64,000 bases of DNA, taken from the NCBI GenBank assembly GCA_005881575.1, contig VBCA01000001.1:85611-149610 (forward strand), in the 5' to 3' direction. The notes under the pieces are model-generated. The model did not search any database. It was given only the letters and a program-made list of their open reading frames with translations, and had not been told where the DNA came from. Position 1 is the first letter of the stretch. Every line of letters starts with the position of its first letter. Of the stretch, positions 30,924 through 42,767 are shown in pieces. This stretch comes from Betaproteobacteria bacterium (lineage in GTDB: Bacteria > Pseudomonadota > Gammaproteobacteria > Burkholderiales > SG8-39). Made by a program: the position numbers and the translations under genes.

Positions 30924-31346
30924 ATGAAGAACCCCTACGCCTTCTTGAACCAGCCCGACGGCATCGCTCCGCTCATGCCGCAGGCGCGGCGCTTGATCGA
31001 GTTACGCGAGATTCTCGCTGCGGTGCTGCCGGAATCCCTCGCACGATGCTGCTCGATCGCAAACTTCAAGCAGGGAAAAGTCGTTATTTTTGCTGCCAAC
31101 GGCGCGATCGCCGCCAAACTGAAACTTATGCTCCCGACATTATTGGAGCAGCTTTCGAAGCGAGCGATGGAGGTTACCGGATTGGAGGTGTGCGTGCAAC
31201 CCCTGGCTTCCGACCTTCAAGTTGTTGAAAAGTCGGCGAAAATGAGTGTCGAAGCCGCGGACGGCTTAGCCCAGCTCTGTGAGCAACTCCCTGATTCAGA
31301 ATTGAAAATTACTCTCGCGAATATCGCGGCGCGACACCGCAAGTAA
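30924..31346 (+). CDS. DUF721 (DciA-like) domain protein
   Basis: 140 aa. The central segment ...CSIANFKQGKVVIFAANGAIAAKLKLMLPTLLEQL resembles DUF721. Located between the M23 peptidase and lpxC, as in many proteobacteria. Confidence 0.65.
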   Translation: MKNPYAFLNQPDGIAPLMPQARRLIELREILAAVLPESLARCCSIANFKQGKVVIFAANGAIAAKLKLMLPTLLEQLSKRAMEVTGLEVCVQPLASDLQVVEKSAKMSVEAADGLAQLCEQLPDSELKITLANIAARHRK

Positions 31347-31354
31347 GTACCTGC

Positions 31355-31540
31355 CTAGACGAGCACAATTGCACGCTCGAGCATCAGAAGGCCGAAGACC
31401 AGCAGGGCGAAGATGACCGCGTATTTGAATACCTGAAACCCGAAGCGCAGATACTTCCTGTCGCGGGTTAGTAGATACAGGATTATTCCGGCCGCGGTGG
31501 CGAGCACCGCGAGAATTGCAGCAATGCGCAGAGCGAGCAT
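31355..31540 (-). CDS. Small two-helix membrane protein (hypothetical)
   Basis: 61 aa with two hydrophobic helices separated by TRDRKYLRFG. Lies immediately downstream of lpxC on the same strand. Confidence 0.5.
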   Translation of the reverse strand: MLALRIAAILAVLATAAGIILYLLTRDRKYLRFGFQVFKYAVIFALLVFGLLMLERAIVLV

Positions 31541-31559
31541 CAGGCCCGCGACACTCCGC

Positions 31560-32477
31560 TCAACCGGCAGGCAGGGCGAACAACCGGGACAGGGCAGCCG
31601 GTGCGTCCTCTTCGCGCTCGAAAGTCACGCATTCCACAGCGTCGTTGGAAGCAAGCGTCTCCCGCAGCAAACGGTTGTTCAGGGCATGGCCGGATTTATG
31701 GGCCGAAAAATAGCCGATCAGCGGGTGCCCGATCAGGTATAGATCGCCGATTGCGTCGAGCAGCTTGTGCTTGACGAACTCGTCGCTGTAGCGCAGTCCC
31801 TCGGCGTTCAGCACGCGGTACTCGTCTACCACGACTGCGTTTTCGAGGCTCCCGCCCAGAGCGAGACCGGAATCGCGCAACGCCTCCACGTCCTGTATGA
31901 AACCAAAGGTGCGCGCTCGGGCGACTTCCTTGACGTAGGACGTATCGGCAAAATCGACGTGGGCCGCCTGCGCCGAGCGCTCGAAAGCGGGGTGGTCGAA
32001 CTCGATCGAAAACGAAAGTTTGAAACCCTCGAACGGCTCGAAGCGCGCCCACTTGTCGCCGTCTGTCACTTCGACTGTGCTCTTGATTCTGAAAAAACGC
32101 TTGGGGGCAGGTTGCTGCTCGATGCCCGCAGACTGGATGAGAAACACGAAAGGCGCGGCGCTACCGTCCATGATCGGAACTTCCGACCCGGTGAGATCGA
32201 CGTAGGCGTTGTCGATGCCGAGCCCCGCGAATGCCGACATGATATGCTCAACTGTCGCCACTTTTGCCCCGTTTGCTTCCAGTGCGCTGCAAAGACGCGT
32301 GTCGGTGATCTTGAAGGCATCGGCTGGGATGTCGATCGGCACGGGCAAATCGATGCGCCGGAACACGATGCCCACGTCGGGCGAAGCCGGTCGCAGCGTC
32401 ACGGCGACTTTCTCGCCGGTGTGCAGACCGACGCCGGTCGCGCGGATCACGGATTTGAGAGTGCGCTGCTTGAACAT
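31560..32477 (-). CDS. lpxC: UDP-3-O-acyl-N-acetylglucosamine deacetylase
   Basis: 305 aa from [24 protein letters not shown]. Also HKSGHALNN. Confidence 0.95.
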   Translation of the reverse strand: MFKQRTLKSVIRATGVGLHTGEKVAVTLRPASPDVGIVFRRIDLPVPIDIPADAFKITDTRLCSALEANGAKVATVEHIMSAFAGLGIDNAYVDLTGSEVPIMDGSAAPFVFLIQSAGIEQQPAPKRFFRIKSTVEVTDGDKWARFEPFEGFKLSFSIEFDHPAFERSAQAAHVDFADTSYVKEVARARTFGFIQDVEALRDSGLALGGSLENAVVVDEYRVLNAEGLRYSDEFVKHKLLDAIGDLYLIGHPLIGYFSAHKSGHALNNRLLRETLASNDAVECVTFEREEDAPAALSRLFALPAG

Positions 32478-32743
32478 TTGCGTCGTTGCAGCAATTGCCG
32501 TAGCCACTTGAAAGCACGGGATTTTAGCATAGTGCGCGGGCTCACCGACCCGGAATTCCGGTGGGCCCACGCCGTTTGCGCATTCAATGCGGTCGCTTAC
32601 GCAGGTACGCAGGGACGAAAGCGACGGTGCGGATCAGCACCGGCGCCGTTCGAATGGGTAATCGCACGCTCGTTCTGACGATTATGGGCTTGCGCAAATA
32701 GCGCGGCATGCCCGGTCTCTTGGCTGTGCTCATGTGATATCTC

Positions 32744-33895
32744 CTAGTCGGCTTGCTTGCGCAGGAAGGCCGGGATGTCGTACTTGTCGACTCCGCTGTT
32801 CTGCAGCGCTTCTATCGTGGAGGCGCGGTTCTTGCGGATCACCGCCGGCATCTCGTCGAGCACGCGATAATCCAAACCTGCAACAGGTCGGTTGTCGGTC
32901 CCGGTCTTTTGCACCAGCTTCGGCCTGGACTGACGCGCCACCAGCGGCTGGCCTAGGCCCGTCGCAATCACGGTGACCCGCAGCTCCTCGCCCATGGGAT
33001 CGTCATAGACAGCGCCGAAGATGATGGTCGCGTCGTCTGCAGCGAAACCGCGGATGGTGTTCATCACCTCCTTGGTCTCGCGCAGCTTTAGGCTCGATTT
33101 GTTGGCCGTGATGTTCACCACCACACCGCGCGCGCCCGACAGATTGACGCCTTCGAGCAAGGGGCAAGCCACTGCCTGCTCGGCGGCGATGCGCGCTCGA
33201 TCGACGCCGGAGGCAGCCGCCGAACCCATCATCGCCATCCCCTGCTCGGCCATCACGGTCCGGACGTCCTGGAAGTCCACGTTGATCAGGCCGGGAACGT
33301 TGATGATTTCGGAAATGCCCGCGACAGCGTTTTTCAGCACGCTGTCAGCTGCCGAAAACGCCTCCTCCATCGACACGTCGTCGCCGAGTACTTCTTCGAG
33401 TTTCTCGTTGAGGATCACGATGACGGAGTCGACATGCTGGGACAGCTCGTCGATGCCTGTCTCTGCGGCCTGCATCCGGCGCACGCCTTCGAACGAGAAG
33501 GGTTTGGTCACGACCGCGACAGTGAGGATTCCCATTTCCTTGGCAACCTCCGCAACCACGGGTGCCGCGCCGGTGCCGGTGCCGCCGCCCATTCCAGCGG
33601 TGATGAAGGCCATGTGCGAGCCGCGCAGGGCATCGGCTATTTGGTCGCGAGCCTCGAGCGCCGCGGCGCGCCCGGCTTCCGGCTTGGCGCCCGCGCCGAG
33701 TCCTGTCGACCCGAGTTGGATCTGGCTCTTTGCCTGGGTGCGCGACAGCGCCTGTCCGTCAGTATTGGCGGTGATGAATTCGACGCCGGCCACGCCGTTT
33801 CGGATCATGTGATCGACGGCATTGCCGCCCGCGCCACCGACACCGATCACCTTGATCACGGTGCCGCTCGCTGTGTTTTCGACGACTTCAAACAT
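32744..33895 (-). CDS. ftsZ: Cell division GTPase FtsZ
   Basis: 383 aa. Tubulin signature GGGTGTGAAPV. C-terminal DIPAFLRKQAD. Confidence 0.98.
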   Translation of the reverse strand: MFEVVENTASGTVIKVIGVGGAGGNAVDHMIRNGVAGVEFITANTDGQALSRTQAKSQIQLGSTGLGAGAKPEAGRAAALEARDQIADALRGSHMAFITAGMGGGTGTGAAPVVAEVAKEMGILTVAVVTKPFSFEGVRRMQAAETGIDELSQHVDSVIVILNEKLEEVLGDDVSMEEAFSAADSVLKNAVAGISEIINVPGLINVDFQDVRTVMAEQGMAMMGSAAASGVDRARIAAEQAVACPLLEGVNLSGARGVVVNITANKSSLKLRETKEVMNTIRGFAADDATIIFGAVYDDPMGEELRVTVIATGLGQPLVARQSRPKLVQKTGTDNRPVAGLDYRVLDEMPAVIRKNRASTIEALQNSGVDKYDIPAFLRKQAD

Positions 33896-33937
33896 GCTGA
33901 CCTCCTTCCGGGGTGAAGAAAAAAAACGCTTGCCAGG

Positions 33938-35167
33938 CTAAAAATTCCGTTGAAACCATTGGCGCATCCTCTTTGCGACGTGCTTCACAGATCCACCCTG
34001 CCGGGCGATGAGCCCACGCTGCGTCTGCACCACGCCCTCGAGCAACAAGCCGACGCCGGTGGCGTAGCGCGGGCTGCGGACCACATCCGACAGGGAGCCC
34101 GTGTAGCGGGGAATGCCCAGCCGCACCGGCATGTGAAAAATCTCCTCTCCCAGCTCCACCATGCCCTGCATCACGGCGGAGCCTCCCGTCAGAACGACCC
34201 CGGAGGAAAGCAGTTCCTCGTAACCGGAATCGCGTAGCACCTGTTGAATGAGCGAGTAGAGTTCTTCGACGCGGGGCTCGACGACTTCTGCGAGCGTCTG
34301 ACGCGAAAGCATTCGCGGCGGGCGGTCGCCCACGCCCGCGACCTCGATCATCTGGCCGGCCTCCGCAAGCTGCCTGAGCGCGCAGCCGTGGCGGACCTTG
34401 AGTTCTTCGGCCTCCGCGGTGGGCGTGCGCAAGGCCATCGCGATGTCGTTGGTGATCTGGTCTCCGGCGATTGGGACCACGGCCGTGTGGCGGATCGCGC
34501 CTTCGCGGAATACGGCGATATCGCTCGTGCCACCGCCGATGTCGACGAGGCACACGCCGAGCTCCTTTTCGTCCTCGGTCAGCACGGCAAGCGAAGACGC
34601 CAGCGGCTGCAAGATCAGATCGTTCACTTCCAGTCCACAGCGACGCACGCACTTAACGATGTTCTGCGCCGCCGAGACCGCTCCGGTGACGATGTGCACC
34701 TTGACTTCGAGCCGCACGCCGCTCATGCCGAGCGGCTCGCGCACTCCGTCCTGCCCGTCGATGATGAATTCCTGGGTGAGGATGTGCAGGACCTGCTGGT
34801 CGGTCGGAATGGGCATGGCGCGCGCGGTCTCGATCGCGCGCTCCACGTCGATCGGCGTCACCTCCTTGTCCTTGATCGCTACCATCCCGGTGGAGTTGAA
34901 GCTCTTGATGTGGCTCCCGGCGATGCCCGTGAAAACGCGCTCGATCTTGCAGTCGGCCATCAGTTCCGCTTCTTCGAGCGTGCGCTGGATGGCGTTCACG
35001 GTCGCCTCGATGTTTACGACCACGCCCTTTTTCAGGCCCTTGGATTCGTGACCGCCAGTCCCGATGATGTCCATGCGCCCGTCAGGGAAAAGTTCCGCGA
35101 CCATTGCCGCCACCTTGGAGGTGCCGATGTCCAGAGCAACGATGAGGTTCTTGTTTTCCCTCGCCAT
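33938..35167 (-). CDS. ftsA: Cell division protein FtsA
   Basis: 409 aa from MARENKNLIVALDIGTSKV. Actin-like fold with a C-terminal amphipathic helix. Confidence 0.95.
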   Translation of the reverse strand: MARENKNLIVALDIGTSKVAAMVAELFPDGRMDIIGTGGHESKGLKKGVVVNIEATVNAIQRTLEEAELMADCKIERVFTGIAGSHIKSFNSTGMVAIKDKEVTPIDVERAIETARAMPIPTDQQVLHILTQEFIIDGQDGVREPLGMSGVRLEVKVHIVTGAVSAAQNIVKCVRRCGLEVNDLILQPLASSLAVLTEDEKELGVCLVDIGGGTSDIAVFREGAIRHTAVVPIAGDQITNDIAMALRTPTAEAEELKVRHGCALRQLAEAGQMIEVAGVGDRPPRMLSRQTLAEVVEPRVEELYSLIQQVLRDSGYEELLSSGVVLTGGSAVMQGMVELGEEIFHMPVRLGIPRYTGSLSDVVRSPRYATGVGLLLEGVVQTQRGLIARQGGSVKHVAKRMRQWFQRNF

Positions 35168-35168
35168 G

Positions 35169-35921
35169 TCAGACTCGCTTGCGAGCGCGGGGCTCGGGCC
35201 CGGCGATATCGGGAACGCGGAGGGCAAAGCCGTTGGGATAGCGCAGGTCGACGTAGTCGAGATGCTGCCGGGACTCCCCTAGGGTCTGCGGGTATACGGA
35301 GACGAGCCTTGCAAGACGGCCCTCGACGCGGTCCTTGTCCGAGTCGTGCCCGAGTTGCACGGTGAGTCCGTTGGAGAGCGTGATCTGCCATGACAGCCTG
35401 GAACTCAGCAGCACCTGCCGAGGTTCGAGGGCGAGCGGAACCAGCAAACCCCGAAAGGCAAGGTAGCGTTGCGTGACTTCGCCTTCGCTGCCGGCGGGCC
35501 CGGAGAAGACCGGCAGGTTAGGGTCACTCTGCCCCCGGAAAAGCTCTCCATGAGTATTCACGAGCTGAGGCCCTATTCTTTGGCGCCAGCGCGCGAGCGC
35601 TACGTGCTCTTCGATGCGCACTTCCAGGCGATCGGGCCAGTCGCGCCGCAGTTCCGCTCGGCGCACCCAGGGAATCCCCTCGAACAGCGCCCGCACCGTC
35701 TCCAGGTCCACGGTGAAAAAAGTGCCCTTGACGCGCCCCTGGAGCGCGCCGACGATTTCGTCGCGCGCGACGTGCTGAAGCTCGCCCCCCACGACGATGG
35801 TCTTGAGCGAAAACACGGAGGACTCGAACAGGACACGCGCGCCTGCATAGACGATGAGCGCGAGCGCAATCGCGTAGAGCGCGTTTGCGGCGACGTTGGC
35901 GAGGCGCGGGTTATCCCACAC
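35169..35921 (-). CDS. ftsQ: Cell division protein FtsQ
   Basis: 250 aa with a single N-terminal TM helix and a POTRA-like region. Lies between ddl and ftsA. Confidence 0.85.
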   Translation of the reverse strand: MWDNPRLANVAANALYAIALALIVYAGARVLFESSVFSLKTIVVGGELQHVARDEIVGALQGRVKGTFFTVDLETVRALFEGIPWVRRAELRRDWPDRLEVRIEEHVALARWRQRIGPQLVNTHGELFRGQSDPNLPVFSGPAGSEGEVTQRYLAFRGLLVPLALEPRQVLLSSRLSWQITLSNGLTVQLGHDSDKDRVEGRLARLVSVYPQTLGESRQHLDYVDLRYPNGFALRVPDIAGPEPRARKRV

Positions 35922-36852
35922 TATCGTCTCCCGCCTCCGCGAACTGTGCCAGCTCGAGAATTCGCAGGCACAGATCTTCGAAGGACAATCCCGCGTGGCG
36001 CGCCGCCATCGGCACGAGCGAGTGGTCGGTCATCCCTGGAGAGGTGTTGACCTCGAGGAAATAGGGCTTTCCAGTGCGGTCTAGCATGAGGTCCACGCGG
36101 CCCCACCCGCTGCAGCCCAAGATTCGGAAAGCCCGCAGCGCCTCGTCCTGGATGATGCGCTCGGCATCGGGGGGCAATCCGCTGGGAATGATGTAGCGAG
36201 TGTCCTCGGCGCTGTACTTCGCCGCGTAGTCGTAGAACTCGCGCGGCGTTTCGAGCTTGATCACAGGAAGGGCCGTATCTCCCAGCACTCCGACGGTCAG
36301 CTCGACGCCGTCCACGAATGTTTCGGCGATCACGACGCGGTCGTAGTTGGCGGCAAGCGCGTAGGCTTCCTGGAGATCGCGGGCGCTCTTCACCTTGGTC
36401 ATACCGATCGAGGAGCCTTCGTTGGCGGGCTTGATCATCAGGGGGAGCTCCAGCCGCGTCGCGACGCCATGAAGATCCGTTTCGCGAGTGAGAAGCTCGT
36501 AGTGCGGCGTCGGAATCCCGCTCGCCTGCCAGACGAGCTTGGTGCGCCACTTGTCCATCGCGAGCGCGCTCCCCAGAACGCCCGAGCCGGTGTAGGGGAT
36601 CCCGAGGAGCTCGAGCGCGCCCTGGACCGTGCCGTCCTCGCCGTAGCGACCGTGCAGCGCGATGAAGACTCGGTCGAACCGTTCTTTGACGATCGCGTCG
36701 AGCCCCCACTCTTTCGTGTCGAAGGCGTGGGCGTCCACCCCCTTCTTCTTCAAGGCGCCCAGCACCATCGAGCCGCTCTTGAGCGACACGGCGCGCTCGG
36801 CAGAGCGCCCGCCCATCATTACGGCGACCCTGCCGAAGTCGCGGGCGTTCAT
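35911..36852 (-). CDS. ddl: D-alanine--D-alanine ligase
   Basis: 313 aa with an ATP-grasp fold. [17 protein letters not shown] and EVNTSPGMT. Confidence 0.95.
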   Translation of the reverse strand: MNARDFGRVAVMMGGRSAERAVSLKSGSMVLGALKKKGVDAHAFDTKEWGLDAIVKERFDRVFIALHGRYGEDGTVQGALELLGIPYTGSGVLGSALAMDKWRTKLVWQASGIPTPHYELLTRETDLHGVATRLELPLMIKPANEGSSIGMTKVKSARDLQEAYALAANYDRVVIAETFVDGVELTVGVLGDTALPVIKLETPREFYDYAAKYSAEDTRYIIPSGLPPDAERIIQDEALRAFRILGCSGWGRVDLMLDRTGKPYFLEVNTSPGMTDHSLVPMAARHAGLSFEDLCLRILELAQFAEAGDDSVG

Positions 36853-37772
36853 GCGTCCCCCACGATACGCACCTCGGGAACGAGATCGACGCCGAAGCGC
36901 CGCTTCACGGTATCGCGAGCGTGCTCGATCAGCGCCTCGATGTCCGAAGCACGCGCCCTTCCCTTCGGGTTGACGATGAAATTCGCGTGCTTCTCCGAGA
37001 TTCGAGCACCGCCGATCTCATACCCCCTGAGCCCGCTGGCCTCGATCAGGCGCGCGGCGTATTTGCCGGGAGGGTTGCGGAATACCGAGCCGGCATTCGG
37101 AAGATCGAGCGGCTGCTCCGCGATGCGCTTCGCGAGCAGCTCCTTGATGCGGGCTCGGGCGCGCTTCTGGTCACCCGCGCGAAAACGGAGCCAAGCTGCG
37201 AGAAACCATTCCTCCTCGCCCAGTTTCGATCCGAGCAGCGCAACGCGCCGATAGCCGACTTCGAAATCAGCGGGCTTGCGCTCGTTCAATCTCCCGGCGC
37301 GCGATATCGTCAGCGCCTTCGCGACGGCGTCCCAGATTTCCGACCCGTAGCAGCCGGCGTTCATCGCGAGCGCTCCGCCCACCGTTCCGGGCACTCCGGC
37401 GAGAAATTCCGCGCCCTCGAAGCCGCGTGTCGCCGCGAGGCGCGCCACCTTGGGACAGGCGACGCTCGCTTCGGCGTAAATCAAGTCGCCCTCGATGCGC
37501 ATCGCGCCGTGCGGGCTGTGCATCAAGACGACCGTCCCGTGAAATCCGCCGTCACGCACGAGCAGATTGCTTCCGAGTCCCACAAAGCAGACCGGCTCGC
37601 CCCTGGGAAGGGTCGTAAGGAATGCGGCGAGATCGGCACGGTCGACCGGAACGTAGGCCCGCGCGGCGACACCGCCGGCGCGCCAGCTCAGGTGCTTCGC
37701 CATCGGCTCGTTCAGTCGCAAGGAACCGCGCAACGCGACGCCGGATCGGTCGACCGGCTCAGTCATCTTCAT
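36849..37772 (-). CDS. murB: UDP-N-acetylenolpyruvoylglucosamine reductase
   Basis: 307 aa. FAD-binding [10 protein letters not shown] and AGSVFRNP. Confidence 0.9.
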   Translation of the reverse strand: MKMTEPVDRSGVALRGSLRLNEPMAKHLSWRAGGVAARAYVPVDRADLAAFLTTLPRGEPVCFVGLGSNLLVRDGGFHGTVVLMHSPHGAMRIEGDLIYAEASVACPKVARLAATRGFEGAEFLAGVPGTVGGALAMNAGCYGSEIWDAVAKALTISRAGRLNERKPADFEVGYRRVALLGSKLGEEEWFLAAWLRFRAGDQKRARARIKELLAKRIAEQPLDLPNAGSVFRNPPGKYAARLIEASGLRGYEIGGARISEKHANFIVNPKGRARASDIEALIEHARDTVKRRFGVDLVPEVRIVGDA

Positions 37773-39166
37773 CTTCCGGTCCTGGCGAGCGCAGCAGGCA
37801 CGCCGCCGATCGAACCCGCACCCATGGTCAGCACGACGTCACCCGGGCGCACGATCTTGCGGATGGCATCGGCCATGTCGGCGATTCTCTCGACGAATAC
37901 GGGCTCGGTCTTGCCCGCAACGCGGATCGCGCGGGCGAGCGAGCGCCCGTCGGCTGCAACGATCGGTGACTCGCCCGCCGGATAGACCTCCGCGAGCAGC
38001 AGCGCGTCCGCGCCAGAAAGAGCCTTCACGAAGTCCTCGAACAGATCGCGCGTGCGCGTATAACGGTGGGGCTGAAAGGCGAGCACGATGCGTCGACCTG
38101 GAAAAGCGCTGCGCGCGGCGTCGAGCGTCGCGCGCATCTCGACCGGGTGATGCCCGTAGTCGTCCACCAGGGTGAAACTTCCCGACGCCTTGCCGTTCAG
38201 CGAGACGGGGATCTCGCCGTAGCGCTGGAAGCGCCTGCCGACGCCGCGGAACTCTGCGAGCGCCTTTCGGATCGCCGCATCGGGGACGCCAAGCTCGGTA
38301 GCCACGGCGATCGCGGCGAGTGCGTTCTGTACGTTGTGCCGTCCCGGTAGATTGAGCGTGATTTCCAGGGTCCCGGCGCCTTCCCGCAATGCCCTGAAGC
38401 GCATGCGGTCTCCGGGAACGATCTCGGTCCCCCGAACCATCGTGTCCTCGCGCATTCCGTAGGTCACGATCGGCTTCGAGACGGAGGGCAGGATTTCGCG
38501 CACGTTGGCGTCGTCGGTACAGACGATGGCGCTGCCGTAGAAAGGGAGGTTCTGCAGAAAATCGACGAACGCCTGTTTCAGCCGCGAAAAATCGTACTGA
38601 TAGGTCTCCATGTGGTCGGCGTCGATGTTGGTCACCACCGCGACCACCGGCTGCAGATTCAGAAAAGAGGCGTCGGACTCGTCGGCCTCGACGACGATAA
38701 ATTCTCCGGTCCCAAGCCGCGCATTGGAGGCCGCGCTCACCAGCCTTCCGCCGATCACGAAGGTGGGGTCCAGCCCGCCTTCGGCGAGCACGCTCGCAAC
38801 GAGGCTCGTAGTGGTCGTCTTGCCGTGGGTTCCGGCGATCGCGATCCCCTGCTTCAGGCGCATGAGCTCGGCGAGCATCAGCGCGCGCGGCACGACCGGA
38901 ATACGCTTCGCCTTCGCGGCGAGGATCTCGACGTTGCCCGGGGTCACCGCCGAGGACACGACCACGGCGTCGACCGACGCGATGTTGCCGGCATCGTGGC
39001 CCAACACGACTTTCGCCCCGAGACCGGCAAGCCGCTCGGTGGCCGCGTTGGCGGCGAGGTCTGACCCGCTCACTTTGTAGCCTAGATTGAGCAGCACCTC
39101 CGCGATGCCGCTCATTCCGCTACCGCCGATGCCGACAAAATGAATTCGCTTGACCTTGTGCTTCAT
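37769..39166 (-). CDS. murC: UDP-N-acetylmuramate--L-alanine ligase
   Basis: [18 protein letters not shown] and [11 protein letters not shown] at 39166 overlaps the murG stop (ATGA, verified). Confidence 0.95.
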   Translation of the reverse strand: MKHKVKRIHFVGIGGSGMSGIAEVLLNLGYKVSGSDLAANAATERLAGLGAKVVLGHDAGNIASVDAVVVSSAVTPGNVEILAAKAKRIPVVPRALMLAELMRLKQGIAIAGTHGKTTTTSLVASVLAEGGLDPTFVIGGRLVSAASNARLGTGEFIVVEADESDASFLNLQPVVAVVTNIDADHMETYQYDFSRLKQAFVDFLQNLPFYGSAIVCTDDANVREILPSVSKPIVTYGMREDTMVRGTEIVPGDRMRFRALREGAGTLEITLNLPGRHNVQNALAAIAVATELGVPDAAIRKALAEFRGVGRRFQRYGEIPVSLNGKASGSFTLVDDYGHHPVEMRATLDAARSAFPGRRIVLAFQPHRYTRTRDLFEDFVKALSGADALLLAEVYPAGESPIVAADGRSLARAIRVAGKTEPVFVERIADMADAIRKIVRPGDVVLTMGAGSIGGVPAALARTGR

Positions 39167-40221
39167 GGGGCAAGCTCCGCGCAAGCCATGGCGACCGCCG
39201 ACGCAGCCCCGGGCCTGGCGAGCGACCGGGCGCGTCTGGCCATGTCACGCAAGCGCACGCGATCGAACCCGGCGAGCACGTCCGCGAGCCACTCGGCGCT
39301 GAGCTCGCTTTGTGCCACGAGTACCGCGGCGCCCGCGTCGGCGAGAAAGCGCGCATTGGCAGTCTGGTGGTCGTCCACGGCGTGCGGATAGGGAATCAGG
39401 ACGCTCGCTACGCCTGCGGCCGCGATCTCCGCGACCGTGGTCGCGCCAGCGCGGCACACGACGACGTCCGCCTCGGCATAGGCCGCGGCCATGTCCTCGA
39501 TGAAGGCGGACGTCTTCGCGGGTACACCGGCTGCGGAGTAGGCGCGCCGCAGCGAGTCGACGTGCTGCGCACCCGACTGATGGGTCAGGACCGGCCTTTC
39601 GCCGGTCAGAAGCGCCACCGCCCGGGGAACGACATCGTTGAGCGCCTGTGCGCCGAGACTGCCGCCGACGACAAGGACGCGAATCGGGCCCGAGCGCTCG
39701 GCGTAGCGGCTCTCCGGGGTCGCGATCGCTGCGATCTCCGGCCGCACCGGATTGCCGGTCAAGCTTGCGCCTTTGAGCGCGCCAGGGAATGCGCACAGAA
39801 CGCGGTCGGCGACTCCGGCGAGCACCTTGTTAGCGAGGCCCGCGATCGCGTTCTGTTCGTGGACAACGAGCGGCTTTCCGAGGAGCGCCGCCATCATGCC
39901 GCCGGGAAACGAGATATAGCCGCCCATGCCGAGGACCACGTCCGGGCGGTACGCGAAGATCGCGCGCGCGCTTTGCCAGAAAGCGACGAGCAGCCTGAGC
40001 GGAAGGAGCATCAACGCCAGCAGCCCCCTGCCGCGCACGCCCGAAAAACTTACCCAAGCCATGTCGTATCCGCGCTTGGGCACCAGGGCCGCTTCCATCC
40101 CGGTCTTCGCGCCGAGCCAGACCACGCGCCAGCCGGACCGGCGAAGGAGTTCGGCCACCGCGAGACCGGGAAAAACATGGCCTCCTGTGCCGCCTGCCAT
40201 GATCATGATGGTTCGCGCCAC
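39163..40221 (-). CDS. murG: Undecaprenyl-PP-MurNAc-pentapeptide GlcNAc transferase
   Basis: 352 aa. [16 protein letters not shown] and [10 protein letters not shown]. Confidence 0.95.
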   Translation of the reverse strand: MARTIMIMAGGTGGHVFPGLAVAELLRRSGWRVVWLGAKTGMEAALVPKRGYDMAWVSFSGVRGRGLLALMLLPLRLLVAFWQSARAIFAYRPDVVLGMGGYISFPGGMMAALLGKPLVVHEQNAIAGLANKVLAGVADRVLCAFPGALKGASLTGNPVRPEIAAIATPESRYAERSGPIRVLVVGGSLGAQALNDVVPRAVALLTGERPVLTHQSGAQHVDSLRRAYSAAGVPAKTSAFIEDMAAAYAEADVVVCRAGATTVAEIAAAGVASVLIPYPHAVDDHQTANARFLADAGAAVLVAQSELSAEWLADVLAGFDRVRLRDMARRARSLARPGAASAVAMACAELAP

Positions 40222-40237
40222 GATGGCGTCGCCCAGC

Positions 40238-41452
40238 TCATGCGCGGACTCCGCGCATGAGCTGGCGATTCTCCCAATCGATCCGCATCAGCACCGCGAG
40301 CGCCAGGCAATTCGCCAGCAGCCCGCTCCCGCCGAAGCTCATAAACGGAAGCGTGAGGCCCTTAGTGGGCAGCACGCCCATGTTCACGCCCATGTTGATG
40401 AACGACTGCACCCCGAACCACACCCCGATCCCCTGAGCGACCAGCGCCGGGTACGGGCGCTCGAGTGCGACCGCCTGGCGGCCGATGGCGAATGCTCGCA
40501 GCACCAGCCAGGAAAAGAGCGCGATCACCGCGATCACCCCCACGAATCCCAGCTCTTCCCCGATCACCGCGAGCAGGAAGTCGGTATGCGCTTCCGGGAG
40601 ATAGAGGAGCTTTTCGACGCTTGCCCCCAATCCGACGCCGAACCATTCGCCGCGGCCGAATGCGATCAGCGCATGCGAAAGCTGGTATCCGCGGCCGAAC
40701 GGATCCGACCAGGGATCCATGAAGCCAAAAATCCGCTGCATGCGGTACGGAGAAGACAGGACCAGCCCGACGAAGCCCGCTGCCATCATCACGAGTAAAC
40801 CCCCGAACCACTTGCCGTTCATGCCGCCGAGGAACAGGATCCCCGTGGTGATCGCCGTGATCACCACGAAAGCGCCGAAGTCGGGCTCTCGCAGCAAGAG
40901 CCAGCCGACCACCAGCATCACGGCAAACATCGGGAGAAGGCCCCGCTTGAAGCTGTGCATCAGGGCGAGCTTGCGCACCGTGTAGTCGGCCGCGTAAAGA
41001 ACGACGAATAGCTTCATGAACTCGGAGGGTTGCAGGTTTACGAGCCCGAGCGAGAGCCAGCGACGCGCGCCGTTGACTTCCCGGCCCAGTCCAGGAGCGA
41101 GCAACAGGGCGAGCAGCGCGACGCCGAGCACGAAAAGCCACGGCGCTGCCTGCTGCCAGAGACGCACAGGCACCTGAAAAGCGAGCATCCCGGCGAACAG
41201 GCTCGCGGCGAGAAACAGCGCGTGCCGCTGGAGGAAGTACGCAGGGCTTCCTCTCGTGAACTTGCTCGCCTCGGCCATCGCGATCGAAGAGGAATACACC
41301 ATCACCATGCCAAATGTAAGCAGGAGAAGCGCCGCCCACAGCACGCCGCTGTCGTACTCGGCAAGCGGCGCTCGACCCGGGCTAATGCTTCGGAGCACCG
41401 ATGACTCTTTCCACCGCCAGGCGAAATACTTCGCCGCGATGCCTATAGTCAC
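40238..41452 (-). CDS. ftsW: Peptidoglycan glycosyltransferase FtsW (SEDS)
   Basis: 404 aa, polytopic. LPEAHTDF and LPFMSFGGS. The ORF start at 41452 overlaps the murD 3' end by 71 nt, so the true start may lie further downstream. Confidence 0.88.
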   Translation of the reverse strand: MTIGIAAKYFAWRWKESSVLRSISPGRAPLAEYDSGVLWAALLLLTFGMVMVYSSSIAMAEASKFTRGSPAYFLQRHALFLAASLFAGMLAFQVPVRLWQQAAPWLFVLGVALLALLLAPGLGREVNGARRWLSLGLVNLQPSEFMKLFVVLYAADYTVRKLALMHSFKRGLLPMFAVMLVVGWLLLREPDFGAFVVITAITTGILFLGGMNGKWFGGLLVMMAAGFVGLVLSSPYRMQRIFGFMDPWSDPFGRGYQLSHALIAFGRGEWFGVGLGASVEKLLYLPEAHTDFLLAVIGEELGFVGVIAVIALFSWLVLRAFAIGRQAVALERPYPALVAQGIGVWFGVQSFINMGVNMGVLPTKGLTLPFMSFGGSGLLANCLALAVLMRIDWENRQLMRGVRA

Positions 41453-42767
41453 GAAACATGTCGAAACTCGCGCAGGCGGGCGAAAGCAGCACCGCGTCGC
41501 CAGGGCGCGCCGCTTGCGCGGCCAGCGCCACCGCTTCGTCCATGGATGGGGCGCGTCGGATCGGGACGCCGGCGCCCGCGACCGCCGCTTCGATCAGCGG
41601 CGCGTCGCGGCCGATGAGCACGAGCGCGCGCGCCGAGCGCGCCACGGCATCTTTCAGAGGAGAGAAGTTCTGTCCCTTGCCGTCGCCTCCGGCGATGAGA
41701 ATCACCTTCGAATCACCCTGCGCGAGCCCAGCGAGCGCGGCAACCGTCGCGCCGACATTAGTTCCCTTGGAGTCGTCGAACCAGCGCACCCGGTGCGCTT
41801 CACCGACCAGCTCGACGCGATGCGGGAGCCCTTTGAACTGGCGCAGCGCCGCGAGCAGGGGCTGAAGCGGCAGTGCGAGCGCGCGGCAAAGCGCGAGCGC
41901 GGCGAGTGCGTTGGCGGCGTTGTGCAATCCCGCGAGCTTCATTTCTCGTACAGCGAGGAGCGCGTCTGCGCCCTGCGCGAGCCAGGGCTCGCCGCCGAGC
42001 GAGACCAGACCCCAGTCCCGTGATTGCCGTGCGGCATCGAGGCCGAAAGTGATCGTTTTTCGCCCGGGCTGCGCCAATGCGAGGCTGCGCGGGTCATCGC
42101 GATTGAGCACTTGGATGCCGTCGCCGGAAAAGATCCGCGCTTTGGCACGAACGTAGTCGTCGATGCCGCGGTAACGGTCCAGATGGTCTTCGGTGACGTT
42201 GAGGACCGTAGCCGCGTCCGCGGCAAGCGACGTCGTCGTCTCGAGCTGGAAGCTGGAGAGCTCCAGCACCCAGAGACCGGCAGCTTGTCCCTTGTCCTCG
42301 CGGCGCATCAGAGCGTCCAGCACCGCCGGCCCGATGTTTCCGGCGACCTCGCAGTCGGCGCCCGCAGCTCTCGCCATGGATCCGGCGAGCGAGGTCACGG
42401 TGCTCTTGCCGTTGGTGCCCGTCACGGCGATGATCCGCGGACGGCGCTCCGGGAGCGCCTGCGCGAACAGCTCGACGTCGCCCACGACCTTTGCGCCGGC
42501 ATCGAGCGAGCGCCGCACGGCGGGATCCGCGAGCGGCACGCCTGGGCTCACGGCGATGAGTTCGACGTCCGCGAATATTTCGTCGCGGAACGGACCGCAA
42601 AGGGCTGGAACGGACGGCAGCGAACGATTGAGCTCCGCGAGTCGCGGCGGGGACGCGCGCGTATCGGCGACTCGCACCGACGCGCCTCGGCGAGAGAGCC
42701 ACTTCGCCATCGACAAACCCGTGTCACCCAAACCGAGCACCAGCACCTTTCTGCCTGCGAGATTCAC
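41382..42767 (-). CDS. murD: UDP-N-acetylmuramoylalanine--D-glutamate ligase
   Basis: 461 aa. [17 protein letters not shown] and GTNGKST. The GTG start overlaps the mraY stop (GGTGA). Confidence 0.9.
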   Translation of the reverse strand: MNLAGRKVLVLGLGDTGLSMAKWLSRRGASVRVADTRASPPRLAELNRSLPSVPALCGPFRDEIFADVELIAVSPGVPLADPAVRRSLDAGAKVVGDVELFAQALPERRPRIIAVTGTNGKSTVTSLAGSMARAAGADCEVAGNIGPAVLDALMRREDKGQAAGLWVLELSSFQLETTTSLAADAATVLNVTEDHLDRYRGIDDYVRAKARIFSGDGIQVLNRDDPRSLALAQPGRKTITFGLDAARQSRDWGLVSLGGEPWLAQGADALLAVREMKLAGLHNAANALAALALCRALALPLQPLLAALRQFKGLPHRVELVGEAHRVRWFDDSKGTNVGATVAALAGLAQGDSKVILIAGGDGKGQNFSPLKDAVARSARALVLIGRDAPLIEAAVAGAGVPIRRAPSMDEAVALAAQAARPGDAVLLSPACASFDMFRDYRHRGEVFRLAVERVIGAPKH

